64,000 nucleotides of DNA from an uncultured Spirochaetota bacterium (GTDB lineage: Bacteria; Spirochaetota; Spirochaetia; JAFGXN01). Positions 9,196 to 18,064 of this stretch are shown here, piece after piece; the first letter of the stretch is position 1, and each line of letters opens with the position of its first letter. Location: positions 175,329 through 239,328 of the forward strand of contig CALXOJ010000003.1 of the NCBI GenBank assembly GCA_944390005.1. Reading direction: 5' to 3'. Under the pieces are notes generated by a model, which saw only the letters and a list, made by a program, of their open reading frames with translations, did no database searches and had not been told where the DNA came from. Made by a program: the position numbers and the translations under genes.

Positions 9196-10497
9196 TTAAG
9201 GAACATTTATGACAGTTCCCGTTTTCAGTATATCACGGTTTCCCATTTTATTAAAGTATTTTAATTCATCGACGGATACACCGTACTTTCGAGCCAGACC
9301 CCAAAGCGTGTCGCCTGCTTGAACGGTGTAGGTGCGGTTGAAATCCTTCCCTGAAAATTCGTCGGGAACCGTCGGATTTGATTTCGCTTTCGGCGGGGCA
9401 ACGTCCTTAAATGCAGGGATCATCAGTTTTTGTCCGATTTGAAGCGCTTGCGGTTTGACATTCGGATTGAATTGCAGAATGATGTCGATGGATACGCCGT
9501 AGTGAGCGCTGAGTGCGTAAAGAGTATCTCCCTGACGAATATTGTAAATATAGTAATTTAAAAATTCAGAATCATCGTTTTCCAGTGCGTCGATAATTTG
9601 TTCGGTGTACTGAGCCGGAAATTTCAGGTAATAGTTGTTTTTCGGCGGAGTAACGCGGTAGTTAAGTTCGGCGTTGGCTGCTTTTAACTCCGCAAATGGA
9701 ACGCCGGCTTTGGATGCCAGCAAAGAAATGTCGATCGGTTTTTCGATTTTGATCATATTCCATTCGGGCGGAGGGTTCCACGAGACATTGAGTCCGAAAT
9801 CTCGCTTGTTGGAACAGGCGTAGGCAACGGCAAAACACTTCGGAACATAATGAACGGTTTGCGATGGCAGAAGATGACGGCGAGCCATCGGCCAAAAATC
9901 ATTGAGACCGTAGGTTTTCATGGTGCGCGTTACGCGTCCCAATCCGCAGTTGTAGGCGGCCATCGCCAGCGCCCAGTCGCCGGTTTTTTCGTAGTTGTAG
10001 CTGAGTTTGTGGAGCGCGGCGTCAGTTGACTTCATGAAATCAAACCGTTCATCCGCCCATTCGGAAATCGAAATGTCGTAACCGCCGATGCTGTTCCTCA
10101 TAAACTGCCAGATTCCGTATGCGCCCGATCGTGAAACGGCGCGCGGTTTGAATTCCGACTCAATAAACGCGATGTAAAAAAGTTCCTGAGGAAGGTTCGC
10201 TTCGTTGATTTTTTCACGGATATATCCGATGTACGGTTGAGCAGCGTTCAATGTGCGGTTAATAGCTTCGCGAGAAAAGCGGTTTTTGTATTGAGCGAGC
10301 AGTTTTTCTGTTTCGGGTGCTATTTCCGGGTGGAGCGGCAGTTTGTTCTGAATAACCGGTTCGAGAAGATCGGGCAGAGCTTCGGATATTTCCGTTTTTT
10401 GTTGGCGGACGGCGTATCCGGTGAGCGTTTCGGTTGAAAACGCAAACCCTAAAAAAGAAACCGGAATAAGAACAAAAACCGAAAAAATCCGTTTCAT
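9196..10497 (-). CDS. mltD: membrane-bound lytic murein transglycosylase D-like protein (SLT domain + 2 LysM domains)
   Basis: The SLT catalytic motif is present (IAFIESEFKPRAVSRSGAYGIWQFM, with the catalytic Glu in ESE). Two C-terminal LysM repeats are present (YNIRQGDTLYALSAHYGVS...; YTVQAGDTLWGLARKYGVS...). A signal peptide is present. Confidence 0.8.
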   Translation of the reverse strand: MKRIFSVFVLIPVSFLGFAFSTETLTGYAVRQQKTEISEALPDLLEPVIQNKLPLHPEIAPETEKLLAQYKNRFSREAINRTLNAAQPYIGYIREKINEANLPQELFYIAFIESEFKPRAVSRSGAYGIWQFMRNSIGGYDISISEWADERFDFMKSTDAALHKLSYNYEKTGDWALAMAAYNCGLGRVTRTMKTYGLNDFWPMARRHLLPSQTVHYVPKCFAVAYACSNKRDFGLNVSWNPPPEWNMIKIEKPIDISLLASKAGVPFAELKAANAELNYRVTPPKNNYYLKFPAQYTEQIIDALENDDSEFLNYYIYNIRQGDTLYALSAHYGVSIDIILQFNPNVKPQALQIGQKLMIPAFKDVAPPKAKSNPTVPDEFSGKDFNRTYTVQAGDTLWGLARKYGVSVDELKYFNKMGNRDILKTGTVINVP

Positions 10498-11567
10498 GAA
10501 GCGTCTGCCGTCGATTCAAAGTGTTTGTCGCCAAAGTAAATTCCTGCCCACTCCCACTTTCCGTTCAGTTCGGGATCGGCCGGGTAATCGATTTTTGAAA
10601 AATAAAAGTACCACTTTCCGACTTGATACTGCCAGTTCCACGTTTCCAAATAGGCTTCCCGTTCGTTGGAAATCGGATCCAATTCGGCGTTGTAGCGGAT
10701 AGTCTGTCTTTGGAGGATGGTTCCCATTCCGAACTGAAAACTGTTTTCTGCTTCCACTTCGTCCTGAGCCCATGAATTGGCAAAAAACAAGGCCTGCGAT
10801 TGGCAACGCTGCAGCAGCCGTGAGTTTCGTGTTCGGATGGCGTATTTTATATCTGCTACAAGTTGATCCAAATTCTCATACGCCCAATCGACTCGGTTGA
10901 ATTTACTTAAACCGACTTTTTTAGCGGCGGATGAATAAGCGTTTGTGTCGTCATGAATCACAACATGCGGCGATTCAAGGAATTTTTCGTAGGCTTCCAA
11001 CGCAGCCTGCCACTCTTTTTTCTCTTCATAAGCTTTCGCCAGGCGGTAGTACAATTCGCTTCGGTCTTCGGGAACTTGGATGCGGGAAAGCGCCGTTTGG
11101 TATAAATCAATTCGGGCGTCGGCTCCGCCCGTCAGCGCCAAACACCGCTCCAACGCTCGATCGAAAAGGGACAATCCCTCCAACGTCAATTCAGGATATT
11201 CTTTTAAAATCCTCATATAGTGAATTTGCGCCGCCCCGTGGTTCTTTAAAGTTTCGCAGTTTTGAGCTCTCAGAAACAGATAATAAGCGTTAAACGGATC
11301 ATTCGGGTAGAGAAATGAAACGTGCTGCAAAAAGAGATCGAGAGCGATTCGGTTCTCGTTTCGTAAAATCTGTGCGATTCGGTTAATTAGAATGAAGCGG
11401 CCTTCCGCGGTTTCCGTATCGTTTAATGTCTCTCGGAGAATTTTGAGGTTTCTATCGACCTCCGGCTGCCCTGTCGTGAAAAGCGAAAAAGATCCGGATG
11501 CATTCCGGCATCCAAGGAGCGAAAGGGCGACGAATATCAAAATCCGATGGCGAGCTTTCATACGCAA
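10494..11567 (-). CDS. hypothetical TPR-like lipoprotein, first gene of the MltD operon
   Basis: Lipoprotein-like signal MRMKARHRILIFVALSLLGC. Helical TPR-like repeats (WQAALEAYEKFLE). Trp-rich C-terminal region. Overlaps the mltD start by 4 nt. Confidence 0.5.
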   Translation of the reverse strand: MRMKARHRILIFVALSLLGCRNASGSFSLFTTGQPEVDRNLKILRETLNDTETAEGRFILINRIAQILRNENRIALDLFLQHVSFLYPNDPFNAYYLFLRAQNCETLKNHGAAQIHYMRILKEYPELTLEGLSLFDRALERCLALTGGADARIDLYQTALSRIQVPEDRSELYYRLAKAYEEKKEWQAALEAYEKFLESPHVVIHDDTNAYSSAAKKVGLSKFNRVDWAYENLDQLVADIKYAIRTRNSRLLQRCQSQALFFANSWAQDEVEAENSFQFGMGTILQRQTIRYNAELDPISNEREAYLETWNWQYQVGKWYFYFSKIDYPADPELNGKWEWAGIYFGDKHFESTADAS

Positions 11568-11636
11568 CAGTCTATCACAGTTAAATATAAAAAAAAAGGG
11601 CTTGCCGTTTTATTTCAAAAAAATTATCATAATAAT

Positions 11637-11942
11637 ATGAAGTTGCTTGATCAGAATTCGTCCTCCCGTCGGAAAAAACCGACAGTACAGCAACCGCATC
11701 TTTATCACATTGTATGGATTCATTCGCTTGACGTCGACAGCCGCGATGCAGCGGAGTTGCTGAGGCTTTCGTTTCGCTTTCGAGAGGCGGATATCGATAA
11801 ATTAATAAAAAAAAGTCGGGATGGGGAGCGTACCGTTATCGGGACTTACTCGTTTGATGTAGCTCGATCCAAAATGGCAGCGGTCCGCGATACGGCGGCG
11901 GCGCTTCGCCTTTCGTTCCCTTTTTTAATGGAGAGAGAATAG
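11637..11942 (+). CDS. clpS: ATP-dependent Clp protease adaptor ClpS
   Basis: The 101-aa product matches the ClpS fold pattern (PHLYHIVWIHSLDVDS...ERTVIGTYSFDVARSKMAAV). It sits immediately upstream of, and abuts, clpA. The start is re-placed at ATG 11637. The longer ORF from 11547 would run into the divergent upstream gene's start. Confidence 0.7.
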   Translation: MKLLDQNSSSRRKKPTVQQPHLYHIVWIHSLDVDSRDAAELLRLSFRFREADIDKLIKKSRDGERTVIGTYSFDVARSKMAAVRDTAAALRLSFPFLMERE

Positions 11943-14269
11943 TGGATATTTCCGATGAACTGCAGCTGGCTTTAAACCGCTCTTACCGGATAGCAAAAAA
12001 AAATCGGCACGAATTTGTCACTCCGGAGCATATTCTTTTAGCGCTTTTGGAATACGATACGATCGGACGGCTGTTCGAGATTATGGACATTTCTGTTGAA
12101 GGTTTTGCGTGGGAGTTGGAGACGTATCTGGATGCAACAATGCCGACGGTTGACGGTGAAAATCCCACGGAGAGTATCGGTTTTAAAGAAATTCTGGAAG
12201 ACGCAATTCATTTTGCCCGTTATGCCGATGCGGAAGCTGTTGATATCGGCGATGTGTTAATGGCGATGATGGAGCAGGAAGAGTCATTCGCTGCGTATTT
12301 ACTCAGCCGCAACGGAATTACCGACCGTGCGTTTGCCGACGCCGTTGCCGCAGCGGATCGATTCGGATCCGGCAGCGTTTTCGGTGAAGGGTGGCCCTCT
12401 GATTTTTCGGATGAAGAAGACGGCGGATGGGAGCGTAAAGATGACAACGAAATTTTATCTGAGCTGACCGTCGACTTAACTGCTGCAGCTGCCGAACGCA
12501 AACTGCCGCCGTTTATTGGCCGAGAAGAACTGCTGCAAACGGTGCAGTCGATTTTACTTCGCAGCCGGAAGTGCAATCCGCTGTTAATCGGTGATCCCGG
12601 CGTCGGAAAAACGGCACTGGCGGAAGGGCTTGCGCAGCGCATCGTTCGGAAAAAAGTGCCGCCGTTTTTGCTCGGACGGAAACTCCTTTCCCTTGACGTC
12701 GGCTCCCTGGTTGCCGGGACAAAATACCGCGGTGAATTCGAAATGCGGATGAAACGGCTGCTCTCTGTGCTGGAGAAAGATGATTCAATTATTCTGTTTA
12801 TTGATGAAATTCATACGCTGATGGGGGCCGGTGCCGGTGAAACCAACAAACTCGATGCGGCCAATATGCTGAAAGCCAAATTAACCGGCAGCCGCCTGAT
12901 TTGTATCGGTGCGACGACTTTCGAAGAATTTAAAAAGAAGATTGAACCGGAAAAGGCATTCCTGAGACGGTTTCAGGTTGTCGAAATACCGGAACCGACA
13001 GCCGGCGAAACCGAAGAGATTGTAAGGCATATACGGACGCGTTTTGAACGGTTTCACGACGTACGCATTCCGATGAAAACCGCCCGCCGAGCTGTCGGGT
13101 TGACGGATCGGTGGCTTAAAGAGCGCAAACAGCCGGATAAAACCATTGATTTACTGGATACGGTGTGCGCTGACGTTCGTTTCAACGGGTACAAAAACGG
13201 CAAAAACGACGGTCTGATCGTTACGGATGTCGATTTGGAGCAGACGGTTGCCAAAATGGCAGGATTGCCGCCGGAAAAACTCGGAGAGTCGGACGAGCAG
13301 CGGCTGATGAAGTTGGAAACGGTCTTGAAAGCGTCGGTTTTCGGACAGGACGCCGCCGTGGAGACGGTTGCATCCGCTGTTAAACGGGCTTATGTCGGCT
13401 TCCGAAAGGAAAATTTGCCGATCGCCTCCCTGCTGTTTATCGGACCGACCGGCGTCGGCAAAACGGAGCTGTCGAAACAGTTGGCGTCGGCGCTCGGAAT
13501 CGATTTGATTCGATTCGATATGAGCGAATACCAGGAGAAGAGCTCTGTCGCCCGCTTTATCGGTGCGCCTCCGGGGTACGTCGGTTATCAGGAGGGAGGC
13601 GTTCTCATCGATGCGGTACGGCGTAAACCGAATGCGGTACTGCTTTTGGACGAAATCGAAAAAGCGTGTCCCGATATTTTCAACATGCTTCTGCAAGTGA
13701 TGGACTACGCCGTTTTAACCGATTCGCTCGGAAGAAAAGCCGATTTCAGCCGAATTGTGTTGATTATGACCGGTAATATCGGATCCGGTGATTGGGAGAA
13801 AAATGCCATCGGTTTTGAAAGCACCGCGGGAAACCGCACTGCCGAATCGTTGAAAGAAGTTTTTTCTCCCGAATTCCGCAATCGTCTCGATGGAGTCGTT
13901 CGATTCAATAAACTGACTGAAGAGCAAGTGCGGAAAATCATCCTCAGAGAGATTGACCTCTTTTCCGCTCAGCTGAAAAAACGCAGCGTTTCGCTCTCGC
14001 TCGGTAACGGCGTTGTCGATTGGCTGACAAAAAAAGGTTTCAGCAGGGAGTTCGGCGCCCGTCCGGCGGTTGGCGTTGTTGAAACCGAATTGAAGGCGCT
14101 GTTTCCCGACGAGATGTTGTTTGGCTTTCTGAAAAAAGGCGGACGCGCGCGTGTGGAAATGGAAAACGGCCGGCTGCGGATCAAGCCGCCCTCCGAAAAA
14201 TTCGATCTTTCACGGCTTTTAAAAGGAAAGAAAAATGACAAAGGGAGAGAAGGCGAAAGCGCGGTTTAA
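11942..14269 (+). CDS. clpA: ATP-dependent Clp protease ATP-binding subunit ClpA
   Basis: A ClpA N-domain precedes two AAA+ modules with Walker A motifs GDPGVGKT and GPTGVGKT. A ClpS gene lies directly upstream. 775 aa. Confidence 0.9.
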   Translation: MDISDELQLALNRSYRIAKKNRHEFVTPEHILLALLEYDTIGRLFEIMDISVEGFAWELETYLDATMPTVDGENPTESIGFKEILEDAIHFARYADAEAVDIGDVLMAMMEQEESFAAYLLSRNGITDRAFADAVAAADRFGSGSVFGEGWPSDFSDEEDGGWERKDDNEILSELTVDLTAAAAERKLPPFIGREELLQTVQSILLRSRKCNPLLIGDPGVGKTALAEGLAQRIVRKKVPPFLLGRKLLSLDVGSLVAGTKYRGEFEMRMKRLLSVLEKDDSIILFIDEIHTLMGAGAGETNKLDAANMLKAKLTGSRLICIGATTFEEFKKKIEPEKAFLRRFQVVEIPEPTAGETEEIVRHIRTRFERFHDVRIPMKTARRAVGLTDRWLKERKQPDKTIDLLDTVCADVRFNGYKNGKNDGLIVTDVDLEQTVAKMAGLPPEKLGESDEQRLMKLETVLKASVFGQDAAVETVASAVKRAYVGFRKENLPIASLLFIGPTGVGKTELSKQLASALGIDLIRFDMSEYQEKSSVARFIGAPPGYVGYQEGGVLIDAVRRKPNAVLLLDEIEKACPDIFNMLLQVMDYAVLTDSLGRKADFSRIVLIMTGNIGSGDWEKNAIGFESTAGNRTAESLKEVFSPEFRNRLDGVVRFNKLTEEQVRKIILREIDLFSAQLKKRSVSLSLGNGVVDWLTKKGFSREFGARPAVGVVETELKALFPDEMLFGFLKKGGRARVEMENGRLRIKPPSEKFDLSRLLKGKKNDKGREGESAV

Positions 14270-14702
14270 AGAGGGTTATAACTGTGCTCAGTCGGTTGTT
14301 GCGGCGTTCGCTCCGGAGATTTCTTTGGGTACCGGTCTGGATTCACAACGGTTGACGGCTGCCGTCAGCGGTTTCGGCGGCGGTATGGGGCGGATGCGTG
14401 AAGTGTGCGGCGCTGTCTCCGGAGCTGTTGCCGTTCTCGGCTTTTTGACCGGATATTCGGATCCGAACGATTCCGCTGCCAAAAAAGAGATGTACGGTCG
14501 GGTCCGCGAATTGATGAATGCCTTCAAAGATCGCAATGGTTCGTGCATTTGCCGCGAGTTGTTAGCCGGAACGAATGCCGACGACGGTTGCGTTCCGGAG
14601 GAGAGAACTGCCGAATACTACAGAAAGCGTCCGTGTGCCGATTTGGTTGAAACGGCGGCCGATCTTTGTGCGGAAATTTTACAAAAATACAACCGTTCTT
14701 AA
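14235..14702 (+). CDS. C_GCAxxG_C_C family putative redox-active protein
   Basis: The family's three signature elements appear in order: N-terminal GYNCAQSV, central CGAVSGA (C-G-A-x-x-G), C-terminal CICRE (C-x-C). It overlaps the clpA 3' end by 35 nt. Confidence 0.65.
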   Translation: MTKGEKAKARFKEGYNCAQSVVAAFAPEISLGTGLDSQRLTAAVSGFGGGMGRMREVCGAVSGAVAVLGFLTGYSDPNDSAAKKEMYGRVRELMNAFKDRNGSCICRELLAGTNADDGCVPEERTAEYYRKRPCADLVETAADLCAEILQKYNRS

Positions 14703-14767
14703 TAAAAAAGACTTTACTTTTCAAGTAACGGGGTATAAATTTACCTATCTGTCTCAAAGGAGCGATT

Positions 14768-16660
14768 ATGTCTCAATCCAAAAAAGTCGGCTTCTGGAAT
14801 TATGTTGCCTACGGAGCCGGAGATTTGTACGGCGGCGGGGCTTTTTTTATTGTCACCACTTTTGCCATGTATTATTTTGTTAATGTTGTCGGAATGCATC
14901 CGGTTCTGGCGGGTTTGATTCCCGCTATCGGAAAGATTTGGGATGCGATTTCCGATCCGATGATGGGATACATTTCCGATCATACTCCGCAGAACCGTTT
15001 CGGGAAACGGCGCGTTTGGTTTCTTGTCTCCATCGTTCCGATTGCTGTCTCTTTTGCTTTGATTTGGTTTCCGACATCCATTGCTACCCAAGCCGGAAAA
15101 TTCGCTTTTTACACTTTTGCTTACATTTTTTTCTTTACAGTTGCCACTATTTCTTATGTTCCGTACGCGGCCCTCAGCGCCGAAATGACGCGCGATTCCA
15201 AAGAGCGCAACTTTCTGAACGGAACCAGAATTCTTTTTTCATTCATTTCTACGCTGCTGGCGGGAGTGATTGCCAAACCGGTTATCGGACTGTTTGCGGA
15301 CGAAAAAACCGGATATTTCGTTATGGGAATCATCTTCAGTTTGATTTTTGCTCTTCCGTGGATCACGCTTTACTTGGGAACGTGGGAGTTGCCCGAGCTG
15401 CAGCGGCAGGCGAAAAAGAAAAGATCATTTTTTGCTAACTTTTTTTCGCTGTTCCGCAACCGTTCCTGCCGTATTCATATTTTAATGTATGTCGGTTCTT
15501 ACGGAACGCTTGACATTTTAATGTCGTGGTTCATGTTTTATTTGGTCGATTATCTCAATCGGGAAGCATGGTTTGTTATCGCTCAGGGCGCTCTTCTGCT
15601 GACAATGATCGGTATGTTGCCGGTATACGTTAAAATTGCCAATAAAAAAGGTCACGCCGTCGCCTACTTGATCGGATTGTCGCTCTTTGTCGCCGGAATG
15701 ATTTTTATGTCGTTTCAGACGCCGCAGACTCCCGTCGGTTTCTTAATTGCCAACGTGATTCTGCTTGGCTCCGGAATTTCTGCCGGCTGTTTAATTCCGC
15801 ATGCTCTGCTGCCGTTTGTTGCCGACATTGACCGGTTGATTTCGGGGGAAGAGCGTGCAGGAACGTATTCCGCTGCAATGACTTTGACCCGCAAGCTGTT
15901 TCTCGGTTTGATCATCATGACCGGATTGGGCGTACTGCTGGCGCAAATCGGTTACCGCAACCCGGTTCCTTACGAATTACCGGAAATACAGTACTCCGAA
16001 GTGTTTACCGAAATTCAAAATCGCACAAACGCTGTCGATACCGCTTACGTGTTTGACGAGGCCGCGCAAACCTATCGGTTGGATGTTCATCATAAAAACG
16101 CTGCGGTCGCCGAAGAAGCGGTGAAAAGCGGGGCTGCTCTTTCCGGTCGGGAGCTTGAAGATTGGAGAAATATTGCAGCCGACGACTTTAACGCATTTTC
16201 CGCTGCTGTCGAAAATGACTTAAAGGCCTGCGGGGAGAGAATTGCTGCTTCATACCGGTATTTACCCGAAACTCAGTCTTATCGGTTGATTTTGGCGGAA
16301 GGCGATATAACACCCGAAGCGCAGGCGGCTCAGGATGAGCGGCTGCGGACGCTCCGCGAAGATTTGGATTCTCTCGATTTTCAATACATCGGTTACGGAA
16401 ATCCTGTCAAGCCGAAGCAGACGGAATCAACTTTGGCTCAGCTGAAATTCTTTTTCATTCTGCTGCCGACTCTGATGTCTGTTATCGGGTTAATTGCGGC
16501 TTCCTTCTTTAGGGTGACGCCGAAAAACCACGGTATTATTCGGAAAGAACTGGATCGATTGGCAGGCGGCGGTTCCAAAGCCGATGTTGATCCCGAAGTC
16601 AAACAGGTTTGTGAAAAACTGACCGGATTGCCTTACGAGTCGCTCTATCCGGACGCATAG
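14768..16660 (+). CDS. MFS transporter of the glycoside-pentoside-hexuronide (GPH):cation symporter family, with a large soluble insertion
   Basis: The N-terminus KKVGFWNYVAYGAGDLYGGGAFFIVTTFAMYYF...GKIWDAISDPMMGYISDHT is the classical MelB/GPH signature. About 12 TM segments. A ~170-aa hydrophilic insert (aa ~400-560) lies between TM bundles. RBS AGGAG 7 nt upstream. Confidence 0.75.
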   Translation: MSQSKKVGFWNYVAYGAGDLYGGGAFFIVTTFAMYYFVNVVGMHPVLAGLIPAIGKIWDAISDPMMGYISDHTPQNRFGKRRVWFLVSIVPIAVSFALIWFPTSIATQAGKFAFYTFAYIFFFTVATISYVPYAALSAEMTRDSKERNFLNGTRILFSFISTLLAGVIAKPVIGLFADEKTGYFVMGIIFSLIFALPWITLYLGTWELPELQRQAKKKRSFFANFFSLFRNRSCRIHILMYVGSYGTLDILMSWFMFYLVDYLNREAWFVIAQGALLLTMIGMLPVYVKIANKKGHAVAYLIGLSLFVAGMIFMSFQTPQTPVGFLIANVILLGSGISAGCLIPHALLPFVADIDRLISGEERAGTYSAAMTLTRKLFLGLIIMTGLGVLLAQIGYRNPVPYELPEIQYSEVFTEIQNRTNAVDTAYVFDEAAQTYRLDVHHKNAAVAEEAVKSGAALSGRELEDWRNIAADDFNAFSAAVENDLKACGERIAASYRYLPETQSYRLILAEGDITPEAQAAQDERLRTLREDLDSLDFQYIGYGNPVKPKQTESTLAQLKFFFILLPTLMSVIGLIAASFFRVTPKNHGIIRKELDRLAGGGSKADVDPEVKQVCEKLTGLPYESLYPDA

Positions 16661-16669
16661 TGTAAAATC

Positions 16670-16698
16670 TTGACCTCTCTTCGGTTTTGGAGTAAACT
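16670..16698 (+). promoter_or_regulatory. putative sigma70 promoter of trkAH (TTGACC-17-TAAACT)
   Basis: TTGACC at 16670-16675, a 17-nt spacer, TAAACT at 16693-16698, 16 nt before the trkA ATG. Confidence 0.35.
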
Positions 16699-16714
16699 GA
16701 AAAGCAGGTTTTTT

Positions 16715-18064
16715 ATGAAGATTATTATTTTCGGATCCGGTGAAATCGGCGGACAGATTGCCGAAGCTTTTTTTGAGGAACATGATATTACCGTTATTGA
16801 CCGCGCCGAACGGTTGTTGGTAAATGTCAACAAGTTGGATCTCTCTGTCATCGCCGGGAATGCTGCCGATATTCGTGTTTTGGAAGAGGCCGGAATTAAA
16901 AACGCCGACCTCTTCATCGCTTGTTCTCACTCCGACGAAGCCAATATTATCGCGGCTCTGACAGCCAAGTTAATCAGCAACGTCAAAACAATGTGCTTTA
17001 TCAGCAATAAAGAGTATTACGAAAGCCTGAAAATGGCCAAAGAGAGTGAATACGAGGCGTTCAACATTGATAAAGTGGTGTGGCTTCAAGAGCTGCTGAC
17101 GCAGGATATTGTCCGCGTTCTGACAGTGCCGATTGCCATTGATGTGGAAGTTTTCCTTGACGGACGCGCCAATCTGATGGAGTACAAAATTGAAGAAAAC
17201 TCCGCGCTTTGCCGCAAAGTGATTCGCAACTGTCAGTTTCCGCCGGAAGTTCTGATTCTCGGAATCACCCGCAACAACTCCCTTTTTATTCCTAACGGAA
17301 ACACCGAACTGCAGCCGGAAGACCGTGTCATTTTTATGGGAAAAACCGGTTCTTTGGAGGCGTTGATCAATAAATTTTTTCGGAAAGCGGCCGCTAAAGT
17401 CCGCTCGGTTTTGATTCTGGGGGGCGGAACGATGGGGTACCTGCTGGCGAAAGCGTTGGAGGATATCGGGCTTCACGCGAAACTGATTGAAGCCGACGAG
17501 GAACGGTGCCGTTTTCTGGCAGCCGATTTGACTTCGACGCTGGTGATTTGCGGCGACGGCACTGATTTGAAACTTTTGCAGGAAGAGGAGGCGGGGTACT
17601 GCGACGTAGCGGTGTGTCTCACAGACAGCGATGAAAAAAATCTGCTCTGTTCGCTCTTTTCCAAAAAACTCGGAGTGGAAAAAGTCATTGCCCGTGCACT
17701 GAAATCGACCAACATTGACACGTTTGAACGCGCCGGTGTCGATATCGTGATTTCCCCGCGCGATGCGGTTTTGAATTCCGTGCGCAACGGTTTTCTGAAT
17801 CAGGACGGCAGTATTCTGCTCTCCGTCGGCAAGGGGCAGGGGGAAATTCTTCGTCTGAAAGTTCCGGCGGCGCTTGCCGGAGAGCCGATTAAAAATCTGC
17901 GGATTCCGGGAAACGGATTGATTGCGGCCGTCGAACATCGGAAAAAAGCGGTGATTCCCAACGGCGAAACCAAACTCTCAAAAGGAGATTCCGTTATCGT
18001 CTTTTCTATGCGGGAAAACAGCGACGCCGTACTCGATTATTTCAGCGAGGCTGCTGACGTATGA
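16715..18064 (+). CDS. trkA: Trk potassium uptake system NAD-binding subunit TrkA (two RCK domains)
   Basis: MKIIIFGSGEIGGQIA Rossmann motif. A second RCK_N domain (VLILGGGTMGYLLA) and RCK_C domains. Start placed at ATG 16715; the listed 16670 is a TTG. Confidence 0.85.
   Translation: MKIIIFGSGEIGGQIAEAFFEEHDITVIDRAERLLVNVNKLDLSVIAGNAADIRVLEEAGIKNADLFIACSHSDEANIIAALTAKLISNVKTMCFISNKEYYESLKMAKESEYEAFNIDKVVWLQELLTQDIVRVLTVPIAIDVEVFLDGRANLMEYKIEENSALCRKVIRNCQFPPEVLILGITRNNSLFIPNGNTELQPEDRVIFMGKTGSLEALINKFFRKAAAKVRSVLILGGGTMGYLLAKALEDIGLHAKLIEADEERCRFLAADLTSTLVICGDGTDLKLLQEEEAGYCDVAVCLTDSDEKNLLCSLFSKKLGVEKVIARALKSTNIDTFERAGVDIVISPRDAVLNSVRNGFLNQDGSILLSVGKGQGEILRLKVPAALAGEPIKNLRIPGNGLIAAVEHRKKAVIPNGETKLSKGDSVIVFSMRENSDAVLDYFSEAADV

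Noticed and set aside
11547-11636. Longer clpS ORF starting at 11547
   Set aside because: It would run through the AT-rich divergent promoter region and into the start codon of the upstream minus-strand gene. The ClpS family is ~100 aa, and ATG 11637 gives the canonical length.
16970-17938. 322-aa antisense ORF within trkA; similar long antisense ORFs in trkH (18037-18645), korB/korC (44170-45003), clpA (12220-12642, 13151-13696), C11 gene (28707-29501), mnmE (24791-25414), sulfatase (37875-38531, 41505-42107)
   Set aside because: Each is entirely antisense to a well-supported gene with strong family motifs. Low-complexity Arg/Gln/Phe-rich translations with no RBS are typical high-GC shadow ORFs.
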